DNA from: an uncultured Gammaproteobacteria bacterium
GTDB taxonomy: Bacteria > Patescibacteriota > Microgenomatia > CAYQLK01
NCBI GenBank assembly: GCA_964404855.1
Contig: CAYOLO010000002.1
Span: 3,494 to 67,493 of the forward strand
DNA length: 64,000 bases
Direction of reading: 5' to 3'
In this document: positions 61,690-64,000 of the stretch, one piece after another
Position numbering within the stretch: the first letter of the stretch is position 1
Layout: each line of letters begins with the position of its first letter
Made by a program: the position numbers and the translations under genes
Notes under the pieces: model-generated
Databases searched by the model: none
Seen by the model: only the letters and a program-made list of their open reading frames with translations
Told to the model about the DNA's origin: nothing

Positions 61690-63762
61690 TTAAGAAAACT
61701 GGGTATCCCTATGTAAAGGAGTTTTGTTCTCTTTATTTATAGGTATAGAGAAAGAGAATGTAGAACCTTTTCCAACTTCTGAATGTACGAAAACTTTCCC
61801 GTGCATTTTTTCAATTAGATCCTTGGCAATATATAAACCTAGACCACTGCCCTCTTGGCTCCTTGAGCGTGAATTGTCGATTCGATAAAATCTTTGGAAA
61901 ATTTTAGGAATTTCTGTACTTTCAATTCCGACACCAGTATCTTGAATCGATACATAAACAAAGTTTTCATCGTTTTTCAAAAACAATGAAACTGTACCCT
62001 TTTCAGTATATTTGAAAGCGTTGGAAATAAAATTATTTAATACTTCAATTACCTTATCTGAATCGACTAACACCCTGGGGATCTCTACAGCAGAAGGGTG
62101 AAATATTAAATCAATTGGCTTATCGCCCGATAATACTTTCCAAGAAGGCAAATTGTCGGATATTAGTTTGGTTATATCAACAGGTTGTAAATTAAACTGT
62201 AATGCTCGGTTTTGCAGTTTGGAGACAGTCAAAATATTGTTAACTAGAGAAGTTAGTCTGTTCACACTCTTGTAGACTTCTGTAAGGTATTGTTTAATTT
62301 CTGAATTTATTTCACCTGCGTCTCCATTTAAGATCATATCTACATATCCTTTAATCGTGGTCATTGGAGTTCTAAGTTCGTGCGAAGTAACAGACAAAAA
62401 CTCGTCTTTTTGTTTGTCCATATTCATAAGTTCTAAGTTAACTCTTTTGAGATTATCTGCTAATTTCGCTTCTTCAGTTAAATCAGTTAATACAACAAGT
62501 ATTTCATCCTGACCGTCTTCATGCCTAATCGGTATTGACACCATTTTTATCTGTTTTTTGATATTAGAAACCTCAATTGTTAATTCTTCGGAGGTTTCAG
62601 TTTTATGTGAAATTAGTGTCTGATTGTATGGCATTAATCTGAGATCAAAATTTACCCCATCTTTTGTTTGAGGTTTAACACCACTAATTATTTCGTTGAT
62701 TGTTGAAACAGAATCAAGGTCTGATCCTAAAAATTCTGTGATTTTTTGGTTGTAAAAAATTAATTTCTGATCAGAAATTCTAATCGCCATGATACCGACA
62801 GGGGTATTATTGATAATCTTTTTGATTTTTTCTTCTTCGACTGTAATGAGTTTGTTTTTTTCTGAAATTTCAGCTGTCCTTTCTGATACTTTCTTTTCCA
62901 ACTCGTGAGTTTGAGACATGAATATCATTAAAATTGCCACTGCCAGAGTTTGTATGGCAATTATTGAAGCATAGACAATCTGTATCGCAATTTGACCTGA
63001 CTCGGTTATAAAGTTTTTCGGGAAAAACTGTAGATTAAAAATAACTTTTCCAAATTCTGAAACAATGCCTACTTGATGAATTTTTTGTGTTTCTGCGGCC
63101 TCATATGGAATTAAATTCTTACTATTGACGTCAACAGAAATATTGAATTTTTCTGCGTTACTAGATGAAAATACGTTTCTAGATAATCTATTAATATCTA
63201 CAACGCCAAATGCTAGGATAGTTGGTCCATTTACTACCTCTATGGGTTTAAAAATTACAAATAATGTTCGTTTGCTAGGAAGAGTTATTGGTCCTCCAAC
63301 AAATTCTTCCTTATATATAATATTGGATTTAATTGATTCTTCTATTTCAGGGATAACAATAAAATCGTTAATAAAGTCTTTGTTTGGGATAGAACTGTCG
63401 GAAGAAACAATTGAATAAAGATTTGCATCAACAAGTCCAATTTGGTTAAAAATGCTTTTAGATGTAATCAAACTCTGGGCGTAATTTTTTAAATTATCGT
63501 TCTCGACTGTTGCATTACTTGAGTAATAATTTCCAAGACTTGATAAATCGGAATAATGTCTGTCTATTTCCGAATTAAATTTTGAGAGGACAACCTCAGC
63601 TTGAGACCTATTTGATTTGTCTAGTTCTCTATCTAGACTTGAAACAAGTGCGCTTTTAATAAAAAGATGAGCAGATATATTAGCAACTGTAAAAAGCACT
63701 AAAGCCAACAATAGAATTATCGTGCGAAGATTTGCAGAGAATATTTTTGGGGCAGGAGTCAT
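61690..63762 (-). CDS. Membrane sensor histidine kinase
   Basis: 2 TM flanking an extracellular domain, PAS-like region, SHELRTPMT, NFISNAFKYT, DTGVGI, GSGLGL, GKGSTF. Confidence 0.95.
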   Translation of the reverse strand: MTPAPKIFSANLRTIILLLALVLFTVANISAHLFIKSALVSSLDRELDKSNRSQAEVVLSKFNSEIDRHYSDLSSLGNYYSSNATVENDNLKNYAQSLITSKSIFNQIGLVDANLYSIVSSDSSIPNKDFINDFIVIPEIEESIKSNIIYKEEFVGGPITLPSKRTLFVIFKPIEVVNGPTILAFGVVDINRLSRNVFSSSNAEKFNISVDVNSKNLIPYEAAETQKIHQVGIVSEFGKVIFNLQFFPKNFITESGQIAIQIVYASIIAIQTLAVAILMIFMSQTHELEKKVSERTAEISEKNKLITVEEEKIKKIINNTPVGIMAIRISDQKLIFYNQKITEFLGSDLDSVSTINEIISGVKPQTKDGVNFDLRLMPYNQTLISHKTETSEELTIEVSNIKKQIKMVSIPIRHEDGQDEILVVLTDLTEEAKLADNLKRVNLELMNMDKQKDEFLSVTSHELRTPMTTIKGYVDMILNGDAGEINSEIKQYLTEVYKSVNRLTSLVNNILTVSKLQNRALQFNLQPVDITKLISDNLPSWKVLSGDKPIDLIFHPSAVEIPRVLVDSDKVIEVLNNFISNAFKYTEKGTVSLFLKNDENFVYVSIQDTGVGIESTEIPKIFQRFYRIDNSRSRSQEGSGLGLYIAKDLIEKMHGKVFVHSEVGKGSTFSFSIPINKENKTPLHRDTQFS

Positions 63763-63822
63763 TAGTGATATTTTTATTATTGTAACCTACCTGAGTAGTG
63801 GTTATTCATTTCTTAATAATTT

Positions 63823-63840
63823 AATAAGCCTAAGCTTATT
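63823..63840 (-). terminator. Weak hairpin overlapping secA stop
   Basis: AATAAGC-TTAG-GCTTATT perfect 7-bp inverted repeat; AT-rich and lacks a clear U-tract. Confidence 0.25.
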
Positions 63841-64000
63841 TTCCATGGCATTTTTTGAATTTTTTCCCAGAGCCGCAAGGGCAGGGGTCGTTTCTACCTA
63901 CTTTAGGGTTATCATTTTTAGAAATCTTATTGGTAATAGGTTGATCCGTAGAGTCGGGAGCTCCAATGGCTTCTGCGGTTAGAGGGTCAATCTCTGGTAG
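63836..64000 (-). CDS. secA: C-terminus of SecA (SEC-C zinc motif), 5' part outside window
   Basis: Not in ORF track; hand translation [13 protein letters not shown]...[23 protein letters not shown]; the motif also occurs in non-SecA proteins. Confidence 0.8.
   Translation of the reverse strand, partial: LPEIDPLTAEAIGAPDSTDQPITNKISKNDNPKVGRNDPCPCGSGKKFKKCHGK

Noticed and set aside
863-63982. All plus-strand ORFs in the track (e.g. 2235-2588, 50466-50957, 54129-54542, 63722-63982)
   Set aside because: Short antisense shadows of well-supported minus-strand genes with no recognisable motifs; 63722-63982 is antisense to the secA tail

Overview
AT-rich, very gene-dense bacterial DNA in which every credible gene is on the minus strand, mostly with overlapping or abutting start and stop codons. 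Gene content and style suggest a Patescibacteria/CPR genome, probably Microgenomates (inference): DUF4012, short TsaB, a type IV pilus locus with no secretin, and a large glycosyltransferase expansion. TGA is used as a stop and RF2 is present, so genetic code 11 applies. In transcription order (right to left): secA 3' end; sensor kinase and stand-alone receiver; a type IV pilus locus (pilB, pilC, five prepilins, two degenerate PilM/GspL-like membrane proteins, one fused to LytR_C); DedA/TVP38, uppP, prfB, ftsEX and a coiled-coil M23 peptidase whose catalytic domain appears circularly permuted; a lamin-tail protein, vanZ, tsaE-tsaC-mini-tsaB and a CAP protein; then a ~41 kb surface-glycan cluster. 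That cluster holds rmlA, an rmlD-like gene, gmd, manC, two polyprenol-P-sugar synthases, 11 GT-C-fold membrane glycosyltransferases, 7 GT4, 6 further GT2, Wzx, an O-antigen ligase/polymerase-like gene, an acetyltransferase, a priming phosphoglycosyltransferase and DUF4012. No rRNA, tRNA, CRISPR or mobile element was recognised. All calls come from motif recognition by eye; no searches were run.
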